Shown here piece after piece: positions 10,032 through 19,876 of a stretch of 64,000 nucleotides of DNA. Made by a program: the position numbers and the translations under genes. How positions within the stretch are numbered: position 1 is the stretch's first letter; the number at the start of each line of letters is the position of its first letter. The notes beneath the pieces were generated by a model, which did no database searches, had not been told where the DNA came from, and worked only from the letters and a program-made list of their open reading frames with translations. Source of the DNA: Aureispira anguillae (GTDB taxonomy: Bacteria > Bacteroidota > Bacteroidia > Chitinophagales > Saprospiraceae); the NCBI RefSeq assembly GCF_026000115.1, contig NZ_AP026867.1:2905716-2969715 (forward strand), in the 5' to 3' direction.

Positions 10032-11378
10032 ATGAAATCATTTTTTATTCTTCTAAATTTATTCGCAACGCTCCCCTTCCTAGCTCAACCAACACTACAA
10101 CCTAGCATTGGAATTGGAGCTTTGCCCAATGATAACGATACCATCTGTGCGTTTCCTACCTTTACTGGAAATTTTGATGCAGTGGGGTATGCCATTGGTG
10201 ATACCGTTCCTGATTTTACCTTATATACAACAAATGGAACCCCTGTTAATTTACAAACGGTTTTAGCTCAGGGCAAACCCGTCTTGTTGATTGGTGGAAA
10301 TTTGACTTGCCCAGTCTTTCGCAACAAAATAGCAACCATTAATAATATGGCTACTATCTATAATGGGCTACTAGAAATTTATATTATCTATGGAATGGAG
10401 GCTCATCCTACAAGCCCTAGCCCCTATAGTGGCACTATATGGATTACCAATTCAAACCAACAAGCAGGTATATTACACCCTCAACCCACAACTTATGGAG
10501 CACGTAAGGCACTTATTGATACGCTTTTGACAACTGAAACAATCCTTCCTCCTATTTTGGTAGATGGAGTTTGCAACGAATGGCTAAGCCATTTCGGTCC
10601 TGCCCCTAACAATGCTTATTTGATTGATACAACAGGCGTTGTTTATGAGAAACAAGGCTGGTTTCACAAATTACCAGATGATATGTATTGCGAAATTGAT
10701 AGCCTCTTGGGTACAACAAATGGATTGTGTAATGCCACAGGCAATAATGGTTTATTTACCTTCGCTTATGTTAACGATACCATTGAGTATGGTGCAGCAG
10801 GAACTATCCTTGGTGTAGAAGCTACTCTAAACAATGTCTCAGCAACAGATAACGTTGTCATTGATATTATTCGGAGGTTCGTTAATGTACCCCAAAATTG
10901 GCAAACAGCAATATGTGTAGACATTTGCTTGCCACCTACAACCGATACTACTCAGGTCACTATCCCCCCAGGAATGACCCAAGATTTCACTTTTTACTTT
11001 TATACGGCCCCTACCATCGATAGTTTTGGCTTTGCTCAACTTGGGTTCAAAAATGTCAATAATAATCAAAATAAGTTCCTTCGTTATTTTTGGGCTGAGA
11101 CAGGCAAAACAACTTCCTCTCCAAAAGTAAGCTCAGCAGAGAACGATCTTCTTTTTTATCCCAACCCTTCATCGGGAATTGTTTATTGGACAGGAACAAA
11201 AACCGTTGAAGGAAGCATCCAAATCATAGATTCCAAGGGCGTAAAAGTCAAGCATTTTACGCCTAAAGTTTGGCAAGACCAACAGATACTCAATTTAAGT
11301 ATGCTTCCTAGAGGCTTGTATTTCCTCCAATTATCCAGTAAAAAAGGTCAAATAACAAAAAAAATAATACTTCGATAG
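10032..11378 (+). CDS. T9SS-secreted protein with thioredoxin-fold (redoxin / deiodinase-like) domain and type A C-terminal sorting domain
   Basis: Signal peptide MKSFFILLNLFATLPFLAQ. The segment DFTLYTTNGTPVNLQTVLAQGKPVLLIGGNLTCPVF has a thioredoxin-fold redoxin layout with a single Cys. The C-terminus LFYPNPSSGIVYW...GLYFLQL...KKIILR is a TIGR04183-like CTD. Confidence 0.7.
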   Translation: MKSFFILLNLFATLPFLAQPTLQPSIGIGALPNDNDTICAFPTFTGNFDAVGYAIGDTVPDFTLYTTNGTPVNLQTVLAQGKPVLLIGGNLTCPVFRNKIATINNMATIYNGLLEIYIIYGMEAHPTSPSPYSGTIWITNSNQQAGILHPQPTTYGARKALIDTLLTTETILPPILVDGVCNEWLSHFGPAPNNAYLIDTTGVVYEKQGWFHKLPDDMYCEIDSLLGTTNGLCNATGNNGLFTFAYVNDTIEYGAAGTILGVEATLNNVSATDNVVIDIIRRFVNVPQNWQTAICVDICLPPTTDTTQVTIPPGMTQDFTFYFYTAPTIDSFGFAQLGFKNVNNNQNKFLRYFWAETGKTTSSPKVSSAENDLLFYPNPSSGIVYWTGTKTVEGSIQIIDSKGVKVKHFTPKVWQDQQILNLSMLPRGLYFLQLSSKKGQITKKIILR

Positions 11379-11625
11379 TTTTGAAAACTAAGTCAATGTA
11401 ATTCAATGGTTACTGCAACAGTTTACCAATTATAAAACTTCTAAACCAAGGAATTACATAAATCAATATCAAACTTTTATTAATTTTAATATATTTTATA
11501 TGCTTTTCATTAATTTTATCAAGCAAAAAAAGCTATATTCGCCAACCAGCTGACCTACTATTACATTCCCCATTTTTCTTTTATAAAGAAGTCTATTTTT
11601 AATTTTCCAAATTTGCTCAATAGGA

Positions 11626-12030
11626 ATGCAATACAAAACAAAAGAGTTAACAGTTACAGTTAGACCTGATACTATTATCGAAATTACAACCAACCCAGAA
11701 ATTTCTGAATATACGATACAAGGAGCAGAAGAAAATGTAGCCCTAATGCGAAAAATTGTAGACAAAAAACCTAGGTCTGTTATGGTTTGGATGCCTAGTG
11801 CTTATATGAAAAAAGAAATTATAAAATACTATAATGAATTTGAAGAGGATAATGTAGCAACCGCCTTATTGACCGAATCTTTTGCGTCTAAATTAATTGG
11901 AAATCTTTTTCTCACACTTAGAACTCGACTTGTCCCCAATCAAAAAACCAAAACCAATCCAATTAAGATCTTCAAAGATCCAAACGAAGCGACAGAATGG
12001 TTGCTGGAACACCTTGCAAAATATCAATAA
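11626..12030 (+). CDS. small cytoplasmic protein, paralog 3 of the family
   Basis: 134 aa and about 50% identical to paralog 1, including an identical SFASKLIGNLFL block. Confidence 0.6.
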   Translation: MQYKTKELTVTVRPDTIIEITTNPEISEYTIQGAEENVALMRKIVDKKPRSVMVWMPSAYMKKEIIKYYNEFEEDNVATALLTESFASKLIGNLFLTLRTRLVPNQKTKTNPIKIFKDPNEATEWLLEHLAKYQ

Positions 12031-12338
12031 GCCAATCTGAATGGTTCTTTTTATTTAGTCGTTATTCCGTCAAAAACTATGCAGTAGTGGACAACTTATC
12101 GATAGAACCACCTTATTATTCAACATTACTCTGTTGAAAAATCGTATTCGATTATTACATGAGTGCTACGCAGTTGATTATCAAAATGATGCAATTTTAC
12201 CACTCAAAATATTAGTTATTTGATAATCAATTGAATACAAGATGTTTTTTTGTTTTTTTTTGTAAAAAAGCAAAAAATTAACGGAGTATTAATTCAAAAA
12301 ATACAAAGCTTAAGACAGAAACTCCGAACTAATATTAG

Positions 12339-12346
12339 TATTTTTG
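12339..12346 (+). promoter_or_regulatory. Bacteroidota-type -7 box (TATTTTTG = TAnnTTTG) upstream of cmk
   Basis: A match to the TAnnTTTG consensus 44 nt upstream of the cmk ATG. Confidence 0.3.
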
Positions 12347-12389
12347 TGTACGATATAGAAATAATCGTCTAAAATCACAATGTTCTTTC

Positions 12390-13097
12390 ATGGAAACTTC
12401 TAAAATAACCATTGCTGTCGATGGTTTTGCGGCTTGTGGCAAAAGTACCTTAGCCAAAGCACTCGCTAAAGAATTGGGGTATGTTTATGTTGATTCAGGA
12501 GCAATGTATCGTGCTGTTACGCTGTATTTTCTAGACCACCAAATAGATATACAAGATGCAATGGCTGTTGATGCTGCCCTCGATCAAATTACCATTCATT
12601 TTGAAAATGTAAATGGTCAAAATCAAACTTTTCTAAATCATGTTAATGTAGAGGATGCCATTCGAAGTATGCGTGTTTCTAGCTACGTAAGCCCTGTTGC
12701 TACTATTTCTGCTGTCCGAAAGGCAATGGTTAAATTGCAACAAACAATGGGAGCAAAAGGTGGCATTGCTATGGATGGTCGAGATATTGGGACTGTTGTT
12801 TTTAAGAATGCTGAATTGAAGCTTTTTTTAACGGCATCGATAGAAGAACGTACCCGTCGCAGACTTGCTGAATGGTCAAGCAAAGGAGTTCTAGACATCA
12901 CTAAGGAGGAAGTAGAAAAAAACTTGCGTACTCGTGACCACATCGATTCTACTAGAGCTGATAGCCCTTTATGTCAAGCAGATGATGCTATTGAAATAGA
13001 CAATAGCCTATTGACACCAGAAGAACAACTTCAGTTTGCGCTTTCCTTATCCAAGGAAGCAATAGAAAAAAAGTCCATGGGATTAGTGGCTAGCTAA
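12390..13097 (+). CDS. cmk: cytidylate kinase
   Basis: P-loop IAVDGFAACGKST, and the overall CMP kinase layout and length. Confidence 0.88.
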   Translation: METSKITIAVDGFAACGKSTLAKALAKELGYVYVDSGAMYRAVTLYFLDHQIDIQDAMAVDAALDQITIHFENVNGQNQTFLNHVNVEDAIRSMRVSSYVSPVATISAVRKAMVKLQQTMGAKGGIAMDGRDIGTVVFKNAELKLFLTASIEERTRRRLAEWSSKGVLDITKEEVEKNLRTRDHIDSTRADSPLCQADDAIEIDNSLLTPEEQLQFALSLSKEAIEKKSMGLVAS

Positions 13098-13117
13098 TCC
13101 TACCCTACTTAATTGTT

Positions 13118-13172
13118 GAAAAAATCATTTTTAAGATAAGTCAAAAAGTTCTTATTTTAAAAATGATTTTTC
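13118..13172. terminator. bidirectional terminator hairpin between convergent cmk and PNPOx-family gene
   Basis: gaaaaaatcatttttaa ... ttaaaaatgattttt form a stem of about 15 bp, flanked by T and A runs. Confidence 0.6.
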
Positions 13173-13188
13173 TAGCATTCAACCATCG

Positions 13189-13731
13189 TTACTCTACAAT
13201 TCCAGTAGCATGTCCATCTAAGCTAATGCTGTTTTTTTCTTTCCAATAAGCCTCAATTTTTTGCTTACCTTTCTTTTCAGCCCAAGTTTTCAGAATGGTT
13301 CGTTCTTCCTTATAATCCATAAAAGGTATTCCATACCCACAAGAAGTTTGCACCAAATCAATCTCCATTACAATAATTTGACGACTACCAACATCCTCAG
13401 GGAATAGATCAATATGCTCGTGAAATTCTTTGTCTCGCTCATGATAAGCCTTGGCTGTTCCATATAAACGCAAAATTAATGGCTTGCCCTCAAAAGCACA
13501 GAACATAATCGTCATTCGGCTACTATCCAATAAATGGGTAGCGGTCTCATTGCCACTTCCTGTTAAATTCAACCACACGATTCGATTCGCCCCCAAAACT
13601 CTAAACGTATCCATTCCCTTGGGAGAGATATTGACACGTCCTTCTTTCATTGCTGTACCGACAAAAAACATTTTTTGCTGGCGAATAAATTCCGTTAAAT
13701 TCGTTGTTAAACTTTCTAATTGTTTCCCCAT
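13189..13731 (-). CDS. pyridoxamine 5'-phosphate oxidase family (FMN-binding split-barrel) protein
   Basis: 180 aa with a PNPOx-like pattern (FFVGTAMKEGRVNISPKG...). It sits 68 bp downstream of the kinase-like gene on the same strand. Confidence 0.7.
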   Translation of the reverse strand: MGKQLESLTTNLTEFIRQQKMFFVGTAMKEGRVNISPKGMDTFRVLGANRIVWLNLTGSGNETATHLLDSSRMTIMFCAFEGKPLILRLYGTAKAYHERDKEFHEHIDLFPEDVGSRQIIVMEIDLVQTSCGYGIPFMDYKEERTILKTWAEKKGKQKIEAYWKEKNSISLDGHATGIVE

Positions 13732-13799
13732 CGTTTGGTTTTATTTTGAGTGATGATACGAAATAAGTTCTTGAGTAACTAAAAACCATAAAACCAGGC

Positions 13800-15929
13800 T
13801 TATTGTTCTAGATTCATGACTAATCCTAGTTTTTTTAACATTATTTGGAGTGGTTCTAACAATTGTTCGTACTTGGTATCAAAGTCTTTCTCCAAGGTAG
13901 TCAATGCTTTTTTAAGCGCCATTTGTTCCAATTCCATTTCACTTAATAGGGTCTTATATTTCAAATCAAGCCGTTGATTTAAGAGCATTTTTTTATTGAG
14001 CGCTAAGCTTTCAATCGCATCCAATTGTTCACAATAATTGTGTACCGAGTCTTTTATGATTTTTTGTTGCGCCTCATAATATTGATTCGTTTCCTTTTTT
14101 TGAGCTTGAATCGCATCAATAATTTTTTGCCTTGCTTCCACAAAACGATCTTCTGCTTCTTTTTTTGCCTTGACCCTTTGAAATGAGACGTTTTTGCTAA
14201 TTAGATCTAACTCTTCATAAAATTTATACTCCAAATCTTGCCAAATTGCTTGATGTTCAGCATCAATTGTTTTGATCTTTTGTTGCTGTTCATCTGCTAA
14301 ATTTTGTAAACAGCTTGGCAAGTATTTTTTCTTTAGAAAGCGTTGTTTTTCTTCGGATGTTCTACCGACAAATTGTTTCCACAATGGCTGCTGATTTCGT
14401 TCTTGAGTGATTGCTACATTTTTTTGCCATTTCTCTTGATTCAATTGCCTGCATTTTTTTTTGTAGACCTTCGTATTTTCCTCCCATTTTTTTTGCAATT
14501 CGCCAGACGTTTGATAAAAAGAAGAAATGAGTTGTTGGTACGCCTTTTTTTGATTCTGATACCCTTCAAAAAGCAGTTGTATTTTTTCGTTTAACAACGG
14601 TTTCCATTTAGTCGCCACATGCAGGGTTGTCGGCAAAAAAATAGGCGTTGGATCTTGCCTCTTTTGTTTTCGTTGGTTATACCATAATAATAGCGCAGCA
14701 ATAAAAACAATGGGCAAGACGAAATAATATTTTATACCTAAAAAAACAACCGTTCCTAAAGCTGCCACTCCCAATAGAGATTTGCCAATTAGTTTTTTCC
14801 AACTTCTTTGTTCTTCCTTGATCTTGTCAATAAGTTGAGACGACTGTTTGCTAATGGTTGCTCCAAAAGTTGCTTCAAATGAATGCACAAAAATAGAGTT
14901 GGAGGCGATTTCCAAAGCAGGAGTTTCTAAGGTTAAACCATCCATAGGGATAAAATAAGTTGGCGCTTCTGCTTCCTCTTTTTCCTCTCCTAAGGCCAAA
15001 CACCAATCTTCTGCTGTTGGTCTTGCCCCTAGCCGCTGAATGCCTTGTATAAAACAGCGATTAAATAAATATTGTAAGACTGTGGGCAGTTGATAAAAAG
15101 CAGCATGTGGAAAAGGAATCGTATCAAAATAATCTTGGTATACTTTATTGTGTACGTACAATCCATGCTTTACCTTTTGCCCTAAACCTACTGCGGTTTC
15201 ATATTTTCCTTGGGTGGTTGCTGCAAAAGGATGAATGCCTAGCAAAACTTTATAAAAAATAATTGCGATACTAAACTGGTCCCAACTAATTGGGATTGCC
15301 TGTGTCCTTTTTGTTAGTTGATGAAATTCTGGCGGCGCAAACTCTGGTGTAGCCATTGCAGCAGCAAAAAGAGTTTGGTTTCCGTTCACTATCTCAACCG
15401 AATCCATATCAACCAAAGAAACCAAGCCATTTTGCTGAATTAAGATATTATCAGGTTTCAGGTCTACCATTACATAGTGTCCCGTTTTATGGATATGATA
15501 AAGTGCTACTGCTATGTTAAAACAAACCTTTTGGCGCAATTTTGAAGCTTGAATGGTTCCTAATTTAAAACGCTGCCATTCTTCAGACAGGTATTGTGGT
15601 AATTTGGTGGTTGCCAATACCTCTAATAACTCGCCATTGGCAAATGGCATCAAAAAGCCCATAAATGCCTGTTTTTTTTCTAACAAAGCAATGGGCCAGC
15701 TTATCAGCATGGCTTGTTCTTTATTTTCAAATACAGGAGGATTTTGAACCAAATAACGCAACTTGTTCCATCGTTCTTTTGTTCTTTTTGGAGGATGATA
15801 TATTTTAGCAACAATAGCTGCATATCCTTTAGGAGCAACAACTCTATAGAGCAAACCTTCGCCCCCTCTGGCAAAAGGAGTCGATGCCAATTGCAAAATT
15901 TCACTAGTAGTGGTGTTTCTAACTTTCAT
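13800..15929 (-). CDS. eukaryotic-like Ser/Thr protein kinase with a central TM segment and long C-terminal coiled-coil
   Basis: VAKI lysine motif, catalytic loop HKTGHYVMVDLKPDNILI, an activation-segment TPEFAPPEF (APE-like), a hydrophobic TM stretch LLGVAALGTVVFLGIKYYFVLPIVFIAALLLW, and then about 300 aa rich in K, E and Q that read as coiled-coil. Confidence 0.7.
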   Translation of the reverse strand: MKVRNTTTSEILQLASTPFARGGEGLLYRVVAPKGYAAIVAKIYHPPKRTKERWNKLRYLVQNPPVFENKEQAMLISWPIALLEKKQAFMGFLMPFANGELLEVLATTKLPQYLSEEWQRFKLGTIQASKLRQKVCFNIAVALYHIHKTGHYVMVDLKPDNILIQQNGLVSLVDMDSVEIVNGNQTLFAAAMATPEFAPPEFHQLTKRTQAIPISWDQFSIAIIFYKVLLGIHPFAATTQGKYETAVGLGQKVKHGLYVHNKVYQDYFDTIPFPHAAFYQLPTVLQYLFNRCFIQGIQRLGARPTAEDWCLALGEEKEEAEAPTYFIPMDGLTLETPALEIASNSIFVHSFEATFGATISKQSSQLIDKIKEEQRSWKKLIGKSLLGVAALGTVVFLGIKYYFVLPIVFIAALLLWYNQRKQKRQDPTPIFLPTTLHVATKWKPLLNEKIQLLFEGYQNQKKAYQQLISSFYQTSGELQKKWEENTKVYKKKCRQLNQEKWQKNVAITQERNQQPLWKQFVGRTSEEKQRFLKKKYLPSCLQNLADEQQQKIKTIDAEHQAIWQDLEYKFYEELDLISKNVSFQRVKAKKEAEDRFVEARQKIIDAIQAQKKETNQYYEAQQKIIKDSVHNYCEQLDAIESLALNKKMLLNQRLDLKYKTLLSEMELEQMALKKALTTLEKDFDTKYEQLLEPLQIMLKKLGLVMNLEQ

Positions 15930-15989
15930 TAAATTGCTGCTTTTTTCAAAAAATCAGCCAACTATTAATTGACTAATTAATAGAAAATG

Positions 15990-15997
15990 TACCTTTG
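15990..15997 (+). promoter_or_regulatory. Bacteroidota-type -7 box (TACCTTTG) in the divergent kinase/lpdA intergenic region
   Basis: A match to TAnnTTTG about 95 nt upstream of the lpdA ATG. Confidence 0.25.
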
Positions 15998-16091
15998 TGC
16001 CAAGATTATGATTCAAAACAAATGTAATTAAAAAAATGGAGATGGTAGTTTTAAACTACTCTACTATTAACACATAAAACATACTCAAATT

Positions 16092-17489
16092 ATGAACTAC
16101 GATGTAATTGTAATTGGAAGTGGTCCTGGTGGCTATGTTGCGGCTATTCGCGCTGCTCAATTGGGGCTCAAAACAGCTGTTGTTGAACGTGAGTCTTTAG
16201 GCGGTATTTGCTTGAACTGGGGATGTATCCCGACCAAAGCATTGCTTAAAAGTGCACAGGTATTTGACTACATCAACCATGCTTCTGATTATGGTATTGA
16301 AACGTCTGAGGCAAAAGCTGACTTTGGCGCTATTGTAAAACGCTCTCGTGGAGTAGCAGACAAAATGAGTAAAGGGATCAAGTTTTTGATGAGTAAAAAC
16401 AAAATTGATGTCTTGATGGGGAGTGGTAAGTTAGTTGCTGGCAAAAAAGTAGCCGTTACCGATGACAAAGGAGGAAGCAAGCAGTATGGTGCAAAACATA
16501 TTATTGTTGCAACAGGTGGTCGTGCTCGCCAATTGCCTGGAATCGCAATTGATGGTAAAAAAATAATTGGCTACCGTGAAGCTATGGTACTACCTGAACT
16601 GCCTAAGAAAATGGTGGTAATGGGTTCTGGTGCAATCGGGATGGAATTTGCTTATTTCTACAAAACACTAGGTACTGAGGTAACAGTAGTAGAATACATG
16701 GACGCTATTTTCCCTAGAGAAGATGCTGATGTTTCTAAAGAAATGAAAAAAGTATTCAAGAAAGCTGGCATGGGCATCAAAACTAGCTCTGCGGTTACTC
16801 AGGTAGATACTAAAGGAAAGGGTTGTAAAGTAACCATCAAACACAACAAAACGGGCAAAGAAGAAGTCATCGAATGTGATGTAGTATTGTCTGCTGTTGG
16901 TGTGGTTCCCAATACTGAAAATATCGGTCTAGAATCTCTAGGGATCAAAACCAACAAACACGGTTTTATTGAGGTAGATGATTTTTATCAAACCAATGTT
17001 GCTGGCATTTATGCTATTGGTGATGTATTGGCGACACAAGCTTTGGCGCACGTTGCTAGTGCAGAAGCAATTACTTGTGTTGAAAAAATTGCAGGGCATC
17101 ATCCTGAAAAAATGGATTATAATAATATCCCTGGCTGTACTTACTGTATCCCAGAAATTGCTTCTGTTGGTATGACTGAAGCGGCTGCCAAAGAAGCTGG
17201 TTATGAATTAAGAATTGGTAAATTCCCATTCTCTGCTTCTGGTAAAGCAAGTGCTTCTGGCGCTAACCATGGTTTTGTAAAAGTTATTTTTGACAAAAAA
17301 TATGGTGAATTCCTAGGTTGTCACATGGTGGGTTCTAATGTAACGGAAATGATTGCTGAGGCTGTTGTTGCTAGAAAACTAGAAACTACTGGTCTTGAAA
17401 TCATCAAATCTGTACATCCTCATCCTACTATGAGTGAGGCAATTATGGAAGCTGCTGCTGCTGCTTATGATGAAGTAATCCATCTATAG
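16092..17489 (+). CDS. lpdA: dihydrolipoyl dehydrogenase (E3)
   Basis: FAD motif DVIVIGSGPGGY, the redox-active CLNWGCIPTK disulfide, and 465 aa. Confidence 0.9.
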   Translation: MNYDVIVIGSGPGGYVAAIRAAQLGLKTAVVERESLGGICLNWGCIPTKALLKSAQVFDYINHASDYGIETSEAKADFGAIVKRSRGVADKMSKGIKFLMSKNKIDVLMGSGKLVAGKKVAVTDDKGGSKQYGAKHIIVATGGRARQLPGIAIDGKKIIGYREAMVLPELPKKMVVMGSGAIGMEFAYFYKTLGTEVTVVEYMDAIFPREDADVSKEMKKVFKKAGMGIKTSSAVTQVDTKGKGCKVTIKHNKTGKEEVIECDVVLSAVGVVPNTENIGLESLGIKTNKHGFIEVDDFYQTNVAGIYAIGDVLATQALAHVASAEAITCVEKIAGHHPEKMDYNNIPGCTYCIPEIASVGMTEAAAKEAGYELRIGKFPFSASGKASASGANHGFVKVIFDKKYGEFLGCHMVGSNVTEMIAEAVVARKLETTGLEIIKSVHPHPTMSEAIMEAAAAAYDEVIHL

Positions 17490-17498
17490 GAAGTCCTT

Positions 17499-17577
17499 CA
17501 TTTGGAGATTTGAAAATATGGAATGGTAACAATTGATTTATTTCCGTACTTTCAAATCTCCAAATTAATTTTTTTTA
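17499..17577. terminator. bidirectional terminator between convergent lpdA and glcG-like gene
   Basis: A perfect 16-bp stem, atttggagatttgaaa (17500-17515) with tttcaaatctccaaat (17550-17565), followed by an 8-T run. Confidence 0.7.
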
Positions 17578-17586
17578 GCGATACAA

Positions 17587-17985
17587 CTACAGAGCAGCTG
17601 TTCCAGCTTCGGCTACCGCATGATCGTTCTCTACTGTACTTCCACTAACTCCAATTGCTCCAATCACTTCCCCTGCTTCATTTTTGACAGGTATCCCTCC
17701 AGGAAAAGTAATCAAACCACCATTGGAATGCTCAATATTGTACAATGGACCTCCTGGCTGAGATAATTCTCCAATTGCGCCAGTATTCATATCAAAAAAA
17801 CGAGCTGTTTTTGCCTTTTTAATAGAAATGTCCAAAGAACCTAACCAAGCTCCGTCCATACGAGCAAAGGCAATTAAGTTTGCACCAGCATCTACTACTG
17901 CAATATTCATTTTTGTGTCCAATGCTTTTGATTTTCGTTGAGCTGCCGCAATCATTTTCTCTGCTTGCGCTAAAGTAATTGACAT
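17587..17985 (-). CDS. GlcG/HbpS-like heme-binding (DUF336) protein
   Basis: 132 aa with the pattern [20 protein letters not shown]...GGIPV...GAIGVSG, typical of GlcG family proteins. Confidence 0.72.
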   Translation of the reverse strand: MSITLAQAEKMIAAAQRKSKALDTKMNIAVVDAGANLIAFARMDGAWLGSLDISIKKAKTARFFDMNTGAIGELSQPGGPLYNIEHSNGGLITFPGGIPVKNEAGEVIGAIGVSGSTVENDHAVAEAGTAAL

Positions 17986-18598
17986 AATATATAATGTTTT
18001 ATAAGATGATATAATTAAAATGCAAAACTATAACAATAGCATTAAGTTTAAGTTTATTTTTTTCTTAAAAATAAGTTAAATTGTTTTTTAAACAAAAAAC
18101 AAACGCTCTATAAAAAACTAATAGTCAGCACCTCAACACTTTTTTATTAAATAAGCACATTAAAATAAAAGGTTCTTTTTTTCATCTGGCTATTCTTGTA
18201 GCAATTGGGCAATAATTTATTGATTTTATAGGATCAACACAATAAGACTTAGATAATATTAGTAATTTAGATGTAATTTCAGCCTAAGCATAAAAGTAGT
18301 TCATCAAATATTAAAGTCAGCTTCACCTATCTATAACAAACAGATTATCTAACAATTACATTGCCCCCTTTTCTCCTATTTCAACATAAATCATTGTCTA
18401 CTTCATCGTTGAGGCAACTAATATTACCCCAATTTTATTTATTCGTTATAAGGATCAATTCTTTAGTTTTCTCCTTAATAATTCTTAAGAATAGTTGTAT
18501 CTTTAAAAGCAGTTCCATTTTCTCATTAAAATCCTCAAGATCTAATTCCCAACAACGTCTAAAATTCAAACATCATTTTTTATCAAAACAGTTGACGA

Positions 18599-19852
18599 AT
18601 GTTGAAGCATATCTATTGGTTAGTATTTTTTTTAGCAAGTGGAATACTTAGCTCTTTTGCGCAGGTTACAACAATGGAATTAATCACTTCTTTGGAGCAA
18701 GAAGCGACTCAGTTAGAAGAACGACAAATGAGTTTATCGTTAGAGTTAGAGACTTTGCGCCTAAAAAAAATAAGAGAAGACCTGCACCATCTAGGGCTTC
18801 CTATTGTCAAAGAAGGTTCGGACAATGAAGTGGTCGAGCATAGTGCTATGGTCTTAGGGTATAACGAAAGTCACGAACAGGCAAATTGGGTGGCTCATCT
18901 AGTTATTCCTGCCGTTCACAAGGGAAATTTGTCTAGAACCAATGATTTCCGCAAAGATTCCTTGGTAACAACGGGTTCTGCTGAAAAGGCGGATTATTGG
19001 TATAGTGGCTATGATAGAGGGCATTTGGCTCCCTCTGCTGATTTTCGTTGGTCAAAACGTGCCATTAGCGAATCTTATGTCTATTCTAATATGGCACCTC
19101 AACGACCTGAACTTAATCGAGAAATTTGGGCTCGTTTAGAAAGCTTTATACGAAAACATGTTTGGGTACAGAATGAGCAACTCTATGTGGTTACAGGTCC
19201 CATTTTTGACAAACAAATAGAAACGATTACACAAGGCCCCAATGTAATTTCAATCCCCAAAAGCTTTTACAAAGTAGTATTAGATCTCAGCGGGCAGGAA
19301 AAAAAGGCAATTGCATTTGTTATGCCAAACGAATTGTGTAAACAACCTTTGGTTAGCTATGCCACATCGATTGATGAGGTAGAAAAATTAACAGGGATTG
19401 ATTTTTTTCCTAAGCTAGAAGCTACTTTAGCTGCTCAATTAGAAGGCAATTTTGATTTTGGAAAATGGGAAAGCCTAAAAGAAGGAGAAATTTCGGCAAA
19501 AGCTCCCCTAAAGGTAAACGAGCGGCCTAAAAACACCCTCAACTCCTTAGAAACTGATTTGTTTATGAACAAAAAAGCTTGTGTTTGTGGTACGGTAGTT
19601 TCTACTCGAAAAACCAAGAGTGGGCTTGTCCTTTTTAACTTCGATGCTAAGTTTCCCAATCATACTTTTTCGGGGTCGGTATCCTCTAGTAATGTCAAAA
19701 ATTTTAGTTACGATCCAGAAATTGAATTTTTAGGCAAAAAGCTATGTGTTACAGGAAAAATTACGGATTATAAAGGTAAATCAACCATGTCTGTTGAACA
19801 TGAAAAAAAAGTAAGCTTCTTAGACGACCAAGGTAAAGCCTTACCAAGATAA
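18599..19852 (+). CDS. secreted DNA/RNA non-specific endonuclease (NucA/Serratia nuclease family)
   Basis: A signal peptide and a YDRGHLAPSAD active-site motif (the DRGH motif of Endonuclease_NS). An N-terminal coiled-coil follows the signal peptide. Confidence 0.8.
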   Translation: MLKHIYWLVFFLASGILSSFAQVTTMELITSLEQEATQLEERQMSLSLELETLRLKKIREDLHHLGLPIVKEGSDNEVVEHSAMVLGYNESHEQANWVAHLVIPAVHKGNLSRTNDFRKDSLVTTGSAEKADYWYSGYDRGHLAPSADFRWSKRAISESYVYSNMAPQRPELNREIWARLESFIRKHVWVQNEQLYVVTGPIFDKQIETITQGPNVISIPKSFYKVVLDLSGQEKKAIAFVMPNELCKQPLVSYATSIDEVEKLTGIDFFPKLEATLAAQLEGNFDFGKWESLKEGEISAKAPLKVNERPKNTLNSLETDLFMNKKACVCGTVVSTRKTKSGLVLFNFDAKFPNHTFSGSVSSSNVKNFSYDPEIEFLGKKLCVTGKITDYKGKSTMSVEHEKKVSFLDDQGKALPR

Positions 19853-19876
19853 TTATCTCATCTAAATAACTTCAGC

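Noticed and set aside
9380-12280. Recurring aagcaaaaaa motif (at about 9396, 11519 and 12267) near the paralog genes
   Set aside because: It is a short A-rich string in intergenic DNA of an AT-rich genome and could easily occur by chance. I noted it but do not claim it as a motif.
18361-18651. 96-aa ORF in the AT-rich leader upstream of the nuclease gene
   Set aside because: Low-complexity S/L/F-rich translation, and it overlaps the true signal-peptide start at 18599. Typical of chance ORFs in AT-rich non-coding DNA.
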